Assembly (NCBI GenBank): GCA_963711005.1
Contig: CAVQCJ010000002.1
Span: 1,166,963 to 1,230,962 of the forward strand
Direction: 5' to 3'
Source of the DNA: an uncultured Actinomycetota bacterium
GTDB lineage: Bacteria; Actinomycetota; Actinomycetes; Prado026
Length of the DNA stretch: 64,000 nt
This document shows positions 1 through 9,330 of this stretch, piece by piece. Position 1 is the first letter of the stretch. Each line of letters begins with the position of its first letter. A program made the position numbers and the translations under genes. The notes under the pieces are model-generated. The model did not search any database. It was given only the letters and a program-made list of their open reading frames with translations, and was not told the origin of the DNA.

Positions 1-326
1 TACACGTCGTTGGTCTCACCGCTGGCCATCGCGTTCATGGCCCTCGCCCTGCTGTGGCGCAACGACCGCGCGCGCCGCGGGGATCAGATCGGTCAGCCGC
101 CGCGCAGCGCCAGGTACCGCTCGCCGATCGTCGCGTAACTCGGCGTCGAACGAGCGGTCCCAGCAGAGGAACCCGCTGCTGGGATCGACCAGCCCAGCAT
201 CTCGACGTCGAGAGCCGAACCACGCCGTCGCCATGGGGGTCGGAATGGTCGGCCCTGGTGCCATCGCGACGGCAGTGCCAGACTCCCCCGGGGCCTCGCA
301 TCGTCCACGGCGACGGGAAGAAGAGC

Positions 327-842
327 ATGAGCGACGACAGCACCACCGCCGACGAGCCGGTTGCCGTCGAAGGGTCGCCGGAGCCGGCATCGACAGGCGA
401 GGTCGCCGCAGCCGCTGAGGACGCCACCGCGGACGAGGTCGCCGCCGCGCCGCCCCCGTCGGCGCCACCGCTGCGGCAGCAGAGCTCCGGGCGACTCGTC
501 GGGAAGGTCCGCAGCCCGATCGGCTGCTGGTTGCTGGCGATCATCACGCTCGGCATCTATGCGTTGGTCTGGTACCACCACACCAACAAGGAGCTGAAGG
601 AGTACGACCCGACGATCGTGGTGTCACCCGGAGTGGCGGTCGTCGCCCTGCTCGTCCCGGTCGTGAACTGGTTCTCGGTGTTCAACACCGGCAAGCGGAT
701 CCAGCAGGCGCAGCAGACCGCGGGGATCCCGGCGTCGGTCTCGCCCGGCCTCGGGGTCGTGCTGACGTTCGTCCTCGGTCTCTGGCTGCCGTACTACATC
801 TCGCAGACCAACGCCGTGTGGGAGTCCGCCGGCGCCCGCTGA
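327..842 (+). CDS. DUF4234-like small membrane protein with acidic N-terminal tail
   Basis: The C-terminal half of ORF 54..842 has two helix pairs around GIYALVWYHHTNKELKEY, as I recall for DUF4234. The in-frame ATG at 327 follows Arg-rich non-protein-like translation. Start uncertain. Confidence 0.6.
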   Translation: MSDDSTTADEPVAVEGSPEPASTGEVAAAAEDATADEVAAAPPPSAPPLRQQSSGRLVGKVRSPIGCWLLAIITLGIYALVWYHHTNKELKEYDPTIVVSPGVAVVALLVPVVNWFSVFNTGKRIQQAQQTAGIPASVSPGLGVVLTFVLGLWLPYYISQTNAVWESAGAR

Positions 843-855
843 GACGAAGGCCTGC

Positions 856-884
856 CGACGGACCGCACGTACGGTTGTCCGTCG
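856..884 (+). terminator. Hairpin downstream of the DUF4234 gene
   Basis: 8-bp stem CGACGGAC/GTCCGTCG with a 13-nt loop, 14 nt after the stop at 842. There is no T-tract, so function is uncertain. Confidence 0.3.
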
Positions 885-1055
885 TCCAGGACTACGGCTA
901 CGGCGTCAGGATGATGCTGGCCCCGAAACTGGCGTAGTAGGCGAGCTTCCCCGAGGGACGGGACCGCAGTTTGCCGTCCCTGTTAGCGTGATCGCGTGGG
1001 TGGACTCAGGGATGCCGTCCTCACCGGTTGTGCACCGGGAGCGGATTGCACGCAG

Positions 1056-1211
1056 ATGCCGACCGACGGTTGGGTCGGGTTCTGGTCGACCGTTCTCGGT
1101 CTGACTCTGCTCGTGGCTCTGGTCGTTGGTGGAGCGCTCGTTCTGGTCCGACGGCGGCGCAGCGTGACTCGCGGCGAACCGCAGCCCGCCGGCGGCGTCG
1201 CCGACGACTGA
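1056..1211 (+). CDS. Small single-pass membrane protein (51 aa), hypothetical
   Basis: In-frame ATG inside ORF 996..1211. One hydrophobic helix (FWSTVLGLTLLVALVVGGALVLV) is followed by RRRR. No family recognised. Confidence 0.3.
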   Translation: MPTDGWVGFWSTVLGLTLLVALVVGGALVLVRRRRSVTRGEPQPAGGVADD

Positions 1212-1703
1212 GCAGGTAAGCACTGTCGTAGGCACCAGTCTCGAAGACATGGAGTGAAGTACTCCCATCCGGAGGCACGCATCGGCTACGCCTCATCGCT
1301 GCGCGGGACGCCGAGCGTCGTCCGGTTGCGCAGCCGGCCCTGGTCTCAAACCGATTCGGCGGTCTTCCGGCGAACCACGCCGTGCCCACACCTCCCGGTC
1401 GCGCCGTCTACACCACCACCTCCGGGCTGGTATCCCGATCCGAGTGGGGCAGCCGCCCAGCGGTTGCCTGCCGGCCGCGCGGTTTGGGAGCGAAAACTGA
1501 TTGAAGTCACGTGCGGATCCCGGCACCATCGGTGCCATGAGGTGCCCAGCGCCCCGATTTCGCAGCCCCCGGATCACCGGTGGGCTGACCTGAGCATGCA
1601 CTGACTCAACTTCCAGCGCCTCGCAGCGCGGTTCTCGCCCCCGGTGTCCCCGGGGGCGATGTCGTTTCCGGACCCACCTTCAGACCGACTGCGAGGTACC
1701 AGC

Positions 1704-2900
1704 ATGTCCACCCTCGAACCCACCGGCACGCCCCCGTCGCTGCGGCAGGCGCTGGAGCTGCGTGACCTGACCGATCCTGCGGCGGGACCACACGCGGTCC
1801 AGCTCGTCGTGTCCTGGCTCGAGCAGGCACTGGCGCGCGCCTGGGCCGTTCCGGTGCGGCGCGACCCGGGTCCGCGGGTCGTGTCGGTCGCCGACAACTA
1901 CGACCGGCTCCGGTACTCCGCCGACGCAGCCACCCGGGACCGCCGGTACACCCGCTACGTCGGGGATGGGCTGATGCTGCGCTCGCACACCAGCGCCCGG
2001 ATCCCGGTCCTGCTGCGCGCGATCGCGACCACCGGCCCGGCCGAGCTGGTGCTCTCGGTGCCCGGCGTCTGCTACCGCCGAGACGTGATCGATCGCCAGC
2101 ATGTCGGCGAGCCGCACCAGCTCGACCTGTGGCTGGTCCGCCGCGACGGCCCGTTGCTGGGAGAGCCAGACCTGGAGGCGATGGTCGCCACGATTGTCGA
2201 CGCGGTTCTGCCGGGCCGGCACTGGCAGACCCCGCCCGCCGAGCACCCGTACACCCTGGCGGGCCGCGAGATCCACGTCGAGGCAGGTTCAGGGCCGGTC
2301 GAGGTCGGCGAGTGCGGCTTGGCACACCCCGAAGTGCTCGCCGACGCAGGCCTGCCGGCGGGTTCGTCCGGCCTAGCCATGGGTCTGGGTCTGGACCGGC
2401 TGGTCATGGTTGCCAAGGACGTGGACGACATCAGGCTGCTGCGCTCGACCGATCCCCGGGTCGCCACGCAGATGCTGGACCTGGCGCCGTACCGGCCGGT
2501 CTCGTCGATGCCGGCCGCACGACGTGACCTGTCGGTGGCGGTGCCCGCCGGCTGGGACGCGGAGCTGATCGGCGACCGGGTCCGTCACGTCCTCGGCCCG
2601 GACGCGGGCTGCGTGGAGGAGGTGCTGGTGCTGTCCGAGACCGTGTACGAGGACCTTCCCGACCCCGCTCGGGCCCGCATCGGCATAGCGCCGGGGCAGA
2701 AGAATGTGTTGGTGCGGCTGCTGCTGCGCGACCTGGCTCGAACGTTGTCGTCGGCGGATGCGAACCATCTGCGGGACCGGGTGTACGCCGGCCTGCATGA
2801 CGGCGAACGCAGCCAGTGGGCGGCAGCGTCGCCTTCAGGCCCGCCTCCCGGAGTGCTGGCGGCGGCTCCTGTCGAAGGTTGCGCCGGCTGGAAGCCCTAG
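1704..2900 (+). CDS. PheS-like class II aminoacyl-tRNA synthetase core fused to an FDX-ACB-like C-terminal domain (single-chain, mitochondrial-PheRS-like architecture)
   Basis: PheS-type motifs are present: LMLRSHTSA, motif 2 PGVCYRRDVIDRQHVGEPHQLDLW, motif 3 GLAMGLGLDRLVMVAKDVDDIRLL. The C-terminal about 110 aa begin PAARRDLSVAV and resemble a ferredoxin-fold anticodon-binding domain. ATG at 1704. No pheT-like gene is adjacent. Confidence 0.75.
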   Translation: MSTLEPTGTPPSLRQALELRDLTDPAAGPHAVQLVVSWLEQALARAWAVPVRRDPGPRVVSVADNYDRLRYSADAATRDRRYTRYVGDGLMLRSHTSARIPVLLRAIATTGPAELVLSVPGVCYRRDVIDRQHVGEPHQLDLWLVRRDGPLLGEPDLEAMVATIVDAVLPGRHWQTPPAEHPYTLAGREIHVEAGSGPVEVGECGLAHPEVLADAGLPAGSSGLAMGLGLDRLVMVAKDVDDIRLLRSTDPRVATQMLDLAPYRPVSSMPAARRDLSVAVPAGWDAELIGDRVRHVLGPDAGCVEEVLVLSETVYEDLPDPARARIGIAPGQKNVLVRLLLRDLARTLSSADANHLRDRVYAGLHDGERSQWAAASPSGPPPGVLAAAPVEGCAGWKP

Positions 2901-2984
2901 GGGTCTCACGGGAGGTCGGCACTCGACGCGGCAGCCGCGATGAACACACTCTGTACCGCGACAAGGCTCGAACGCGGGGCGGCC

Positions 2985-3818
2985 TCAGGCCTGTTCGACG
3001 TCCAGGGCGCCACGTGCCTGGACGTCGGCCTCGCTGATGGACAGGTAGCCGACGAGCGCGGCGATGACCAACCCGAACGCCAGCGCCACCCATCCACTGC
3101 CCAGGCCCAGGCCCTTGGCTGACGAGGGCTTGGCCAAGCCGTCGGCGATGGAAGCTCCCAGTGGGCGGGTGATGACGTAGGCGAACCAGAACGAGAACAC
3201 GGCGTTCCAGTGCGCCCAGCGGTAGCCGACCGCAGGTATCGCGATCACCACGGCGAAGATCACCGCCGACGGAAAGTACCCCAGGTGCAGGGTGTAGGCC
3301 GTGAAATCTCCCAATGCCGTGCCCATCGCGAAGGTGGCGACGACAGCGGCCCAGTAGAACAGCTCACGACGGGGCCGGTCGATGCTGTGAATCGACAGGG
3401 TGTGCTCGGTCCTCCGCCAGCTGATGAAGACAGCGGCCAGCACGACCGCATACAGGATGCTCGACCCGGTGTAAGGCACCCCGAAGCCCACATGCAGAAC
3501 GTCCGCCGCCATGGTCCCGAAGGTGCCCACCATGACCACTGCCAGCCAGTAGGTCCAGGCGACGTACCGCGCCATCCCGAACTGAAGCAGCAGCGCTACG
3601 ACGAACCCCGCGAAACCCAGCAGCACTGCGTCAACTGGGGGCATGGCGTGGACCAGGAAGTCCGACGTGGACTCACCCATCGCGGTCGACAAGCCCTTGA
3701 TCAGCCAGAACAGCGCCGTGATCTCAGGGACCCTCAGCGCGCCTCGGGTGGTCAACCAGCCCCTAATATCTGCTGCCGCCAACCGCGCCACCAGAGCACG
3801 ATACGACCGCCGGATCAA
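2985..3818 (-). CDS. Polytopic membrane protein with DUF347-type repeats (COG4705-like)
   Basis: Repeated helix-pair units carry G(E/D)xxxDF/ADG signatures (STAMGESTSDFL, GTALGDFTAY, RPLGASIADGL). Hydrophobic throughout. Confidence 0.7.
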   Translation of the reverse strand: MIRRSYRALVARLAAADIRGWLTTRGALRVPEITALFWLIKGLSTAMGESTSDFLVHAMPPVDAVLLGFAGFVVALLLQFGMARYVAWTYWLAVVMVGTFGTMAADVLHVGFGVPYTGSSILYAVVLAAVFISWRRTEHTLSIHSIDRPRRELFYWAAVVATFAMGTALGDFTAYTLHLGYFPSAVIFAVVIAIPAVGYRWAHWNAVFSFWFAYVITRPLGASIADGLAKPSSAKGLGLGSGWVALAFGLVIAALVGYLSISEADVQARGALDVEQA

Positions 3819-4048
3819 AGGACGGGGCCGCCCAAGTCAACGTTGAGTCAACACTGCAGGCCAGGCGACACCACCACGAACTCGCGGCCTGTCCATCTGC
3901 CCCCACGCCGACCTACTGCTGGTTCTCGGGCGTACAGCACGGCACATCTGAGCGGCTTGCAGGTGGACTTGGGTCGAACGGCCCTACCGCTGCCAACTCG
4001 CTTCCACTGGGCTGGTGGGGAACACCGTTCGGATGGAGGTGCGGTCCG

Positions 4049-4978
4049 ATGATTACCGACTCCACGCATACTCCGAGACGATCATTGGCCCTCTGGGCTG
4101 GATGGGTCGTCTTCGCGCTTCTCCTGATGCCGCTCATCGGACAGTGGGAGTGGCTCTTCCTGACCTGCGTGGCCGGCAGCGCCCTGCTGCTCAGCGTCGT
4201 GACCCGCCCGGCGCGACCAGAGGGCGACGGGTCATCACGCGACATCGCGATGATCGCTGTCTTCTACGTGGCGGTCGTCGCGCTGATGCGACTGGCGTTC
4301 GTCGTCTTCGGGACCGACCACATCCCAGGACTCTTCCTCAGCTTCGCGGGCGCACTGCTTGTCGGCGTCGTTGGCCCGGTTATCTACACCGTCTGGACCA
4401 GGGGCGGGTCACTGCATGACCTCGGGCTCCGGCGAGACAACTGGCAGACCACGGCGGTGCTGGCCGTGCTGTTCGCCGCCGTCCAGTTCGCGATCACCTT
4501 GCGGGGGTACGCGCTGCCGACCCCAGTCGACTGGGTGCCCCTGCTCGTGATGGCGCTCGTCGTCGGTGTTTTCGAGTCGATCTTCTTCCGCGGCTTCATC
4601 CAGAACCGGCTCGAGGCGAGCTTCGGCTCCCGTGTGGGTGTCGGTGGGGCCGCGCTGCTCTACGGCATCTACCACGTCGGGTACGGGATGGGGCTCACCG
4701 AGATCGCCTTCCTGACCGGTCTCGGCGTCACCTACGCCATCGCCTTCGCACTGGCCCGCAACGTGTTCGTGTTGTGGCCGTTGCTGACACCGCTCGGCTC
4801 GTTCTACGCCCAGCTCAAGGACGGGAACATTGAGCTGCCCTGGCCGTCGATCCTCGGCTTCGCCGATGTCACCGTGGTCATGATCGTGGCGTTCTGGATC
4901 GCCCACCGGCACGAGAAGAAGCGGGCGGCAGCACCGGCTCCATCGGAGCCTGTGAACTTGCACCACGTGCGCGCCTAA
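4049..4978 (+). CDS. CPBP (CAAX/Abi) family intramembrane metalloprotease
   Basis: Multi-TM protein with FESIFFRGFIQNRL (EExxxR-type motif 1 variant) and LLYGIYHVGYG (His motif). Confidence 0.75.
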   Translation: MITDSTHTPRRSLALWAGWVVFALLLMPLIGQWEWLFLTCVAGSALLLSVVTRPARPEGDGSSRDIAMIAVFYVAVVALMRLAFVVFGTDHIPGLFLSFAGALLVGVVGPVIYTVWTRGGSLHDLGLRRDNWQTTAVLAVLFAAVQFAITLRGYALPTPVDWVPLLVMALVVGVFESIFFRGFIQNRLEASFGSRVGVGGAALLYGIYHVGYGMGLTEIAFLTGLGVTYAIAFALARNVFVLWPLLTPLGSFYAQLKDGNIELPWPSILGFADVTVVMIVAFWIAHRHEKKRAAAPAPSEPVNLHHVRA

Positions 4979-5305
4979 TGCCGGATCGGGCGCTCGGGAC
5001 GGCCAAACAGAACGAAGCCTCTGTGTCTCAAGCGACCGCAAACCGGCGGGTGTCGCAGTCGTGCTGCGCTGTCTCCGACTGCCATCCCCTGCCGTCGCCA
5101 CTTCGAGCCGGCATTGGCAGCGGCACCGGTCTTAAGGATCTTGATCGCGAGGATCGCGCCACTTTCAGACCACCGCACAGCCCACCAGCGGCCTCGGTGC
5201 GCACTGCGAGGTCGGCGTTCACCTGCGCGACAGTGGGCCACTCAGTCACCATTGGCGCGCTCGCCCCGGTGGCCGGTATCCCCCGATCTAGCCATCGGGG
5301 CGGGT

Positions 5306-6265
5306 TCAGGCCACTGAGTCCTGAACTGCTCGGCTGAACTCCTCTCGGAACTGCAACGGCGCCAACCAGCGTGGGGGGATCGCATCCGCTCCGTGCAACG
5401 CGCCGAGCAGCCCACCAGCGATTGCCCCATTCGTGTCGGTGTCGTATCCAAGGCGGACGATGTCGATCAGGGCCGCCTCGAAACCCCTCTGGTCCTGCAG
5501 TGCGGAGACCGCAAGACTCAAAGAGTCAAGGACGTAGCCCGCTCCGGGGACATGCGTCACTCCTGTCTCCGCGGCGACGCTCAAAGTCAAGCTGGCGCCC
5601 ATGCGAAGCGCGTTGGCGACGCTGTTGCGCCCTGCCCTGGCTGCTGTGTCGATGCCTGCGTCGACAGCCTCGGCAACGGTCCTGCCTTCGATCAAGGCGG
5701 CGGCGACCTCGTTGTAGGCCGCGCACGCGATCGTGCACCGAGGGTCATCGTGCGTGATCGCAGAGATGGAGATGGACTCGGCAACCCGCCGCTCAGCGTT
5801 GCGGGTGAACACCGCCGTGGGGATGGCCCGCATCAAGGACCCGTTGCCCGCCTGCCCAACTCCAGCGCCGCAACTGTACGGGTCGCAGGTCCTGCCGTAT
5901 GTCCGCAGCGCTACGGCGGTGGCCCCGCCGACGTCATCCGGTCTGCTTCCCAGGACGCGACCTGGCCAGCTGCCCTCGAACCAGTCGAGCATGTAGTTGG
6001 CCGCATCCCGGACAAGGTCTCCGGTCATCGGCCGGGTGTAGGCCAGAACCACAGCGCGAGTCAGGTCGGTATCGTCGGTTGCATGACCAGCTGGCCAGCC
6101 AAAGGGGCCTCCCCCGACGATGTCGGTCAAGCCATGCGGGTACTGGTGCCTGATCGACGCCCAGTCACTGAACTCGAGGGTCGCTCCCAAGCAATCACCC
6201 ACGTGGACCCCAAGAAGAGCGCCTAACGCCCGATCCTCGCGCTCAGCCACACCACCTCCCGGCAC
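5306..6265 (-). CDS. ADP-ribosylglycohydrolase family protein (DraG/ARH-like)
   Basis: DRALGALLGVHVGDCLGATLEF, GHATDDTDLT, GNGSLMRAIP and YDTDTNGAIAGGLLGALHG are hallmark ARH metal-site motifs. Confidence 0.85.
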   Translation of the reverse strand: MPGGGVAEREDRALGALLGVHVGDCLGATLEFSDWASIRHQYPHGLTDIVGGGPFGWPAGHATDDTDLTRAVVLAYTRPMTGDLVRDAANYMLDWFEGSWPGRVLGSRPDDVGGATAVALRTYGRTCDPYSCGAGVGQAGNGSLMRAIPTAVFTRNAERRVAESISISAITHDDPRCTIACAAYNEVAAALIEGRTVAEAVDAGIDTAARAGRNSVANALRMGASLTLSVAAETGVTHVPGAGYVLDSLSLAVSALQDQRGFEAALIDIVRLGYDTDTNGAIAGGLLGALHGADAIPPRWLAPLQFREEFSRAVQDSVA

Positions 6266-6290
6266 ACCGACTCCTCACCGGCCCGCCCGC

Positions 6291-6836
6291 TCAGTCAGCA
6301 GTCTCGGCCCAGATCCCTTGGACGATCCCCTCCAGGTCCCACAGCATGCTCGGCTCCAGACCCCTGGCCCAATACTGATCTGGGGTGCGTTTGATGACCC
6401 CCGGTAGTAGATCCTGAACTCGTCGTCCGCCTCGGAACCGATCCGCTTCTGCGGCGGCCGGTCGTCGTCTTCACCGACCGCCGGGTCTACCCGACCGCCG
6501 TGCACGCCCGGAAGACTCCTCGAGGACGTTCACCGTGAATAGATAGTTGGGCGATCCGAACGGCGGCAACGCGGGCGAAGTGGTGATGGTCGAGTAGACG
6601 GAAAGGCCAGCGTCCCTGAACACACGCCCGTAAGCGAACCGCCCATCGAGGAGGTCGATCTGCACCACCTCACCGACGGACGGCTCGACTCGCTTCCGCG
6701 CCCGCAGACGCTGACGAGCGGGCTGCACACCCGTCAGCTGCTCGCGAACCTCGTCGAGCACGGCAACCCGCTTCGCAAGCAGCTTCGGATTCTCCCGCCA
6801 GCGATCCATGCCATCTCCGTCGTCGATCGCCGCCAA
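6291..6836 (-). pseudogene. Immunity-protein-like gene (Imm26-like by recollection) split over three frames
   Basis: Frame a (6836..6471) gives ...VGEVVQIDLLDGRFAYGRVFRD...NYLFTVNVLEESSG. Frame b (from 6505) gives VDPAVGEDDDRPPQKRIGSEADDEFRIYY. Frame c, read by hand, gives GVIKRTPDQYWARGLEPSMLWDLEGIVQGIWAETAD-stop at 6291. The second shift lies in the C5 run at 6398-6402. Confidence 0.5.
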
Positions 6837-6884
6837 CGCGCGTTCGCGAACACGCGGCCTCCTCGTCGCAGACCCCGTCTCCGA

Positions 6885-7007
6885 TCAGCTCCCGATAGTC
6901 CTGCCGAACATCACAGGCAAGGCCACTCCGGCTGCCACCAGCACGACAGCAAGGAACAGCCGAGACAGGGCAATCCTCGGGGCGAGGCGGTAGGTGGTCG
7001 ACTCCAT
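6885..7007 (-). CDS. Possible 40-aa membrane peptide
   Basis: Hand translation: MESTTYRLAPRIALSRLFLAVVLVAAGVALPVMFGRTIGS. It starts 20 nt after the stop of the opine dehydrogenase gene. Too short for the ORF track and has no homology support. Confidence 0.2.
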   Translation of the reverse strand: MESTTYRLAPRIALSRLFLAVVLVAAGVALPVMFGRTIGS

Positions 7008-7026
7008 AGCAGCCCCTAACTCGCGG

Positions 7027-8103
7027 TCAGTACACCGCGAGCTGTTCTCGCGTCAGGCCGGACAGGCCCATCTTGTCCATCGTGCGGGCACGCTGAGCGG
7101 CGAAGTCTTCGCCCGCGACGATCGAGGCGATGCGGATGACGGCGTCCATCGTGGGGGTCGGCACCGACAGGTGCTGAGCCAGGTCGGTGAGGAACACCAT
7201 CGAGTAGCCCACGTCCTCGGTCAGGTAGCGGTGATGGAGCTCGTCCTGCGCCTTGATGCCGCGAAAGCCTGGTGCGGTGGAGTAGCCGGTGGAGTAGTTG
7301 GACTCGGTCATGTAGCCCTGCCGAACCCCGAGATCCGGCTCGGTGAGGATTGTCACGCCCAAGGCTCGGGCGACGGAGAGCCGTTCGTCGTCGACCGCCT
7401 TCATGAAGCGACCGACCGCCTCGGTCACCCCTTCCTCATAGAACATGAAGTCACCACCCGTGCGTTCGATGAGGGCGGCGTTGAGCAAGGTGACGGCCGG
7501 ATGGATGACCGGGTTGCCGTTCTGCAGCGTGGTCTGGAAGATCCCCGCGGCTTCTTCGGCGTTGCGGTACACCTGCCGCAGGACCTCGAGCAGGCGAGGT
7601 GTGTTGCTGCGCGGGGCGGCAGCGGCCGAGAAGCCGGTGTCGAACCGGTGGAAGATCCGCACACTGGCGTGCATCGATGCGCGTGCGGCGTACGGCAGCG
7701 TGCTGGTCTCGCCCACGACGACACTCTCGTCATGGAGGTCCAACCCCGCGGCGTGCTTGAAGGCCAGACTGCCGACGCACGAGCTGGGGCAGACCACGAC
7801 GGTCATCCCGGGGCGAAGGTGACCGCGAGTGTCAAGGCCGAACGGCTCCGTGGCATAGGCGGGGCCGACGACGAAGACCGCGTCCACACCGTCCAGCGCC
7901 TCGGCGATGTTGGTGGTGACTGTCTCCAGGGGGACGAACCCCTCAAGCACGCCCTCGGCCTGGATACCGCCGCGTTCGCGGACCGGCGCCAGATGGTGCT
8001 CATGCGCATGTTGTGCGTACAGCGCGACCTCATGCCCCTGACTGGCCCACTCGTAGGCCAGCGCCAGCCCTCCACCGCCGGCCCCTAGCACGGCGATCCT
8101 CAT
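7027..8103 (-). CDS. NAD(P)-dependent opine (octopine/nopaline) dehydrogenase family protein
   Basis: N-terminal Rossmann motif MRIAVLGAGGGGLALA. Length and the C-terminal helical domain (LTEDVGYSMVFLTDLA..VPTPTMDAVI) are typical of the family. Confidence 0.8.
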   Translation of the reverse strand: MRIAVLGAGGGGLALAYEWASQGHEVALYAQHAHEHHLAPVRERGGIQAEGVLEGFVPLETVTTNIAEALDGVDAVFVVGPAYATEPFGLDTRGHLRPGMTVVVCPSSCVGSLAFKHAAGLDLHDESVVVGETSTLPYAARASMHASVRIFHRFDTGFSAAAAPRSNTPRLLEVLRQVYRNAEEAAGIFQTTLQNGNPVIHPAVTLLNAALIERTGGDFMFYEEGVTEAVGRFMKAVDDERLSVARALGVTILTEPDLGVRQGYMTESNYSTGYSTAPGFRGIKAQDELHHRYLTEDVGYSMVFLTDLAQHLSVPTPTMDAVIRIASIVAGEDFAAQRARTMDKMGLSGLTREQLAVY

Positions 8104-8144
8104 TCGGTTTGGCTCCCTTCGTCCGCGGCACGTGCAGCGTCATC

Positions 8145-8390
8145 GACCACCACCGTCTCACGCACCCCGCAGGCGCCTCGGCCAGTCTCGGTCTGGAGGC
8201 AGGCGAGACCCTGACGGAGGTCTCGGACCGGCTGGGACACAGCAGCATCGTGATCACCGCAGACACGTACAGCCACATCGCCCCGCAGGCGGCCCGCAAG
8301 GCCACCGGACGCCCGGCGAACCTGGTCAACGAGCAGCCCGCACCAGAGGTCGTGATCTTGCCCGTGGAGGGCACCGGGCCTCTGAGATGA
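8145..8390 (+). pseudogene. Tyrosine recombinase (phage integrase) C-terminal remnant
   Basis: ...ASLGLEAGETLTEVSDRLGHSSIVITADTYSHIAPQAARKA... carries the LGHSS..T.D.YSH catalytic-Tyr region. There is no N-terminal domain and no start; the 5' part is replaced by the opine dehydrogenase promoter region. Confidence 0.7.
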
Positions 8391-8461
8391 TCAAGGGATT
8401 CGCAGGTCAGAGGGTGCGCGCCCGAAGGGATTCGAACGCCTAACCTTCTGATCCGTAGTCA
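8387..8461. repeat. att-like direct repeat: partial copy of the tRNA-Arg 3' half plus flank
   Basis: 75 bp, identical to 10964..11038 except one mismatch (gaacGcc vs gaacCcc). Identity stops inside the anticodon loop (..ccgtagtca). Confidence 0.85.
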
Positions 8462-8673
8462 CTTGATCATGTCCGGGAAGAGTCCGGAGCCATCCAGCCT
8501 CATGCGGGTTCGTGCGTGCTCGCAACGACTTCCGACCCTCCCGGTCCAGGCCGGTCCGAGCCTGTCCGGCTCGGTTCGTGAGACAGCCGTTAGATCGATC
8601 ATGGTGGGAGACGTGCTGCGGAACCGGTCAGCTGCACTCGGAAGCTGGTGCCGACGGACTCCGCGGCGACCGG

Positions 8674-8950
8674 TTACTGGGCCAGTCGCACGTTGCCCGC
8701 GTTGTTGACCAACACGTCTATCCGTCCGAACCGCTCGACGGCAGCCTCGACCGCTGATTTGGCGGCGGCAGGGTCGGTACGTCCAGGCTGATCGCCAGAA
8801 GATCCTCATGCTGGCCAACGGTGGCCGTAACACTGTCGGCCCTGCGGGCGGTCCCTACAACGGCCTGTCCTGCGGCAAGCGCAGCCTTGGAGATGTCTAC
8901 CCCATGCCACGACCCGCACCGGTGACGAGCCACACCCGCTTGTCAGTCAT
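8674..8950 (-). pseudogene. Short-chain dehydrogenase/reductase remnant (two frameshifts, truncated after NNAG)
   Basis: Hand translation: MTDKRVWLVTGAGRGMG-stop. The next frame gives VDISKAALAAGQAVVGTARR...LAISLDV and the next TDPAAAKSAVEAAVERFGRIDVLVNNAGNVRLAQ-stop. The catalytic YxxxK region is absent. Confidence 0.65.
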
Positions 8951-9330
8951 TCGTTGATCCTCTCAGTGGTCGCCGGAGCGGTCCTACCGTGTCTCTTCAG
9001 TGCAAGCCTCAAGCGCTCGAGATTGCCGGATCGACCCGCCCGTGATCGGCACTATTAGTGCGTGTAGGGATCGCCGGATAGGCGCTGCGGTAAGGCGCCC
9101 TGGTCCGCCTCATGATCTGGCTCCCCACGTTCGTCGGTACGTGTCGAACCCACTCGACAACCCGACGTGATGCGTGGATAGGGACCAAGTACCCGAGGGG
9201 GGATCTTTGCCAGATGCGCCGATGTCTGCCGGCCTGGCGAGAGCCGGACGTCCCTGGCCGGATGGCTGCCGCGGCGCTAGGTTCCCGCCCAACGGAAAGT
9301 GCCGGCGCGGACCCCACATCGGAGCCGAAG

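Noticed and set aside
1254-1604. 116-aa ORF containing PPPGWYPDPSG, reminiscent of the DUF2510 GWYPDP motif.
   Set aside because: Only the motif itself looks real. The expected downstream WDG..W part is absent in all frames I read, there is no credible start, and the rest is not protein-like. At best it is an eroded remnant.
5028-5252. ORFs in the 330-bp convergent gap between the CPBP and ARH genes.
   Set aside because: None has a recognisable motif or a convincing start/RBS, and the translations are low-complexity. They may be gene debris, but I cannot support a call.
6808-6993. 61-aa plus-strand ORF between the immunity-like gene and the opine dehydrogenase gene.
   Set aside because: No motif and no RBS, and it lies antisense to the region that holds a slightly better, though still weak, minus-strand mini-ORF.
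9112-9330. N-terminal 73-codon extension of the MFS ORF, and the overlapping 597-aa ORF 9174..10967.
   Set aside because: The upstream translation is not membrane-protein-like, and the hydrophobic pattern begins after the ATG at 9331. The 597-aa ORF is a shadow frame except for its terminal Nudix/integrase fragments.
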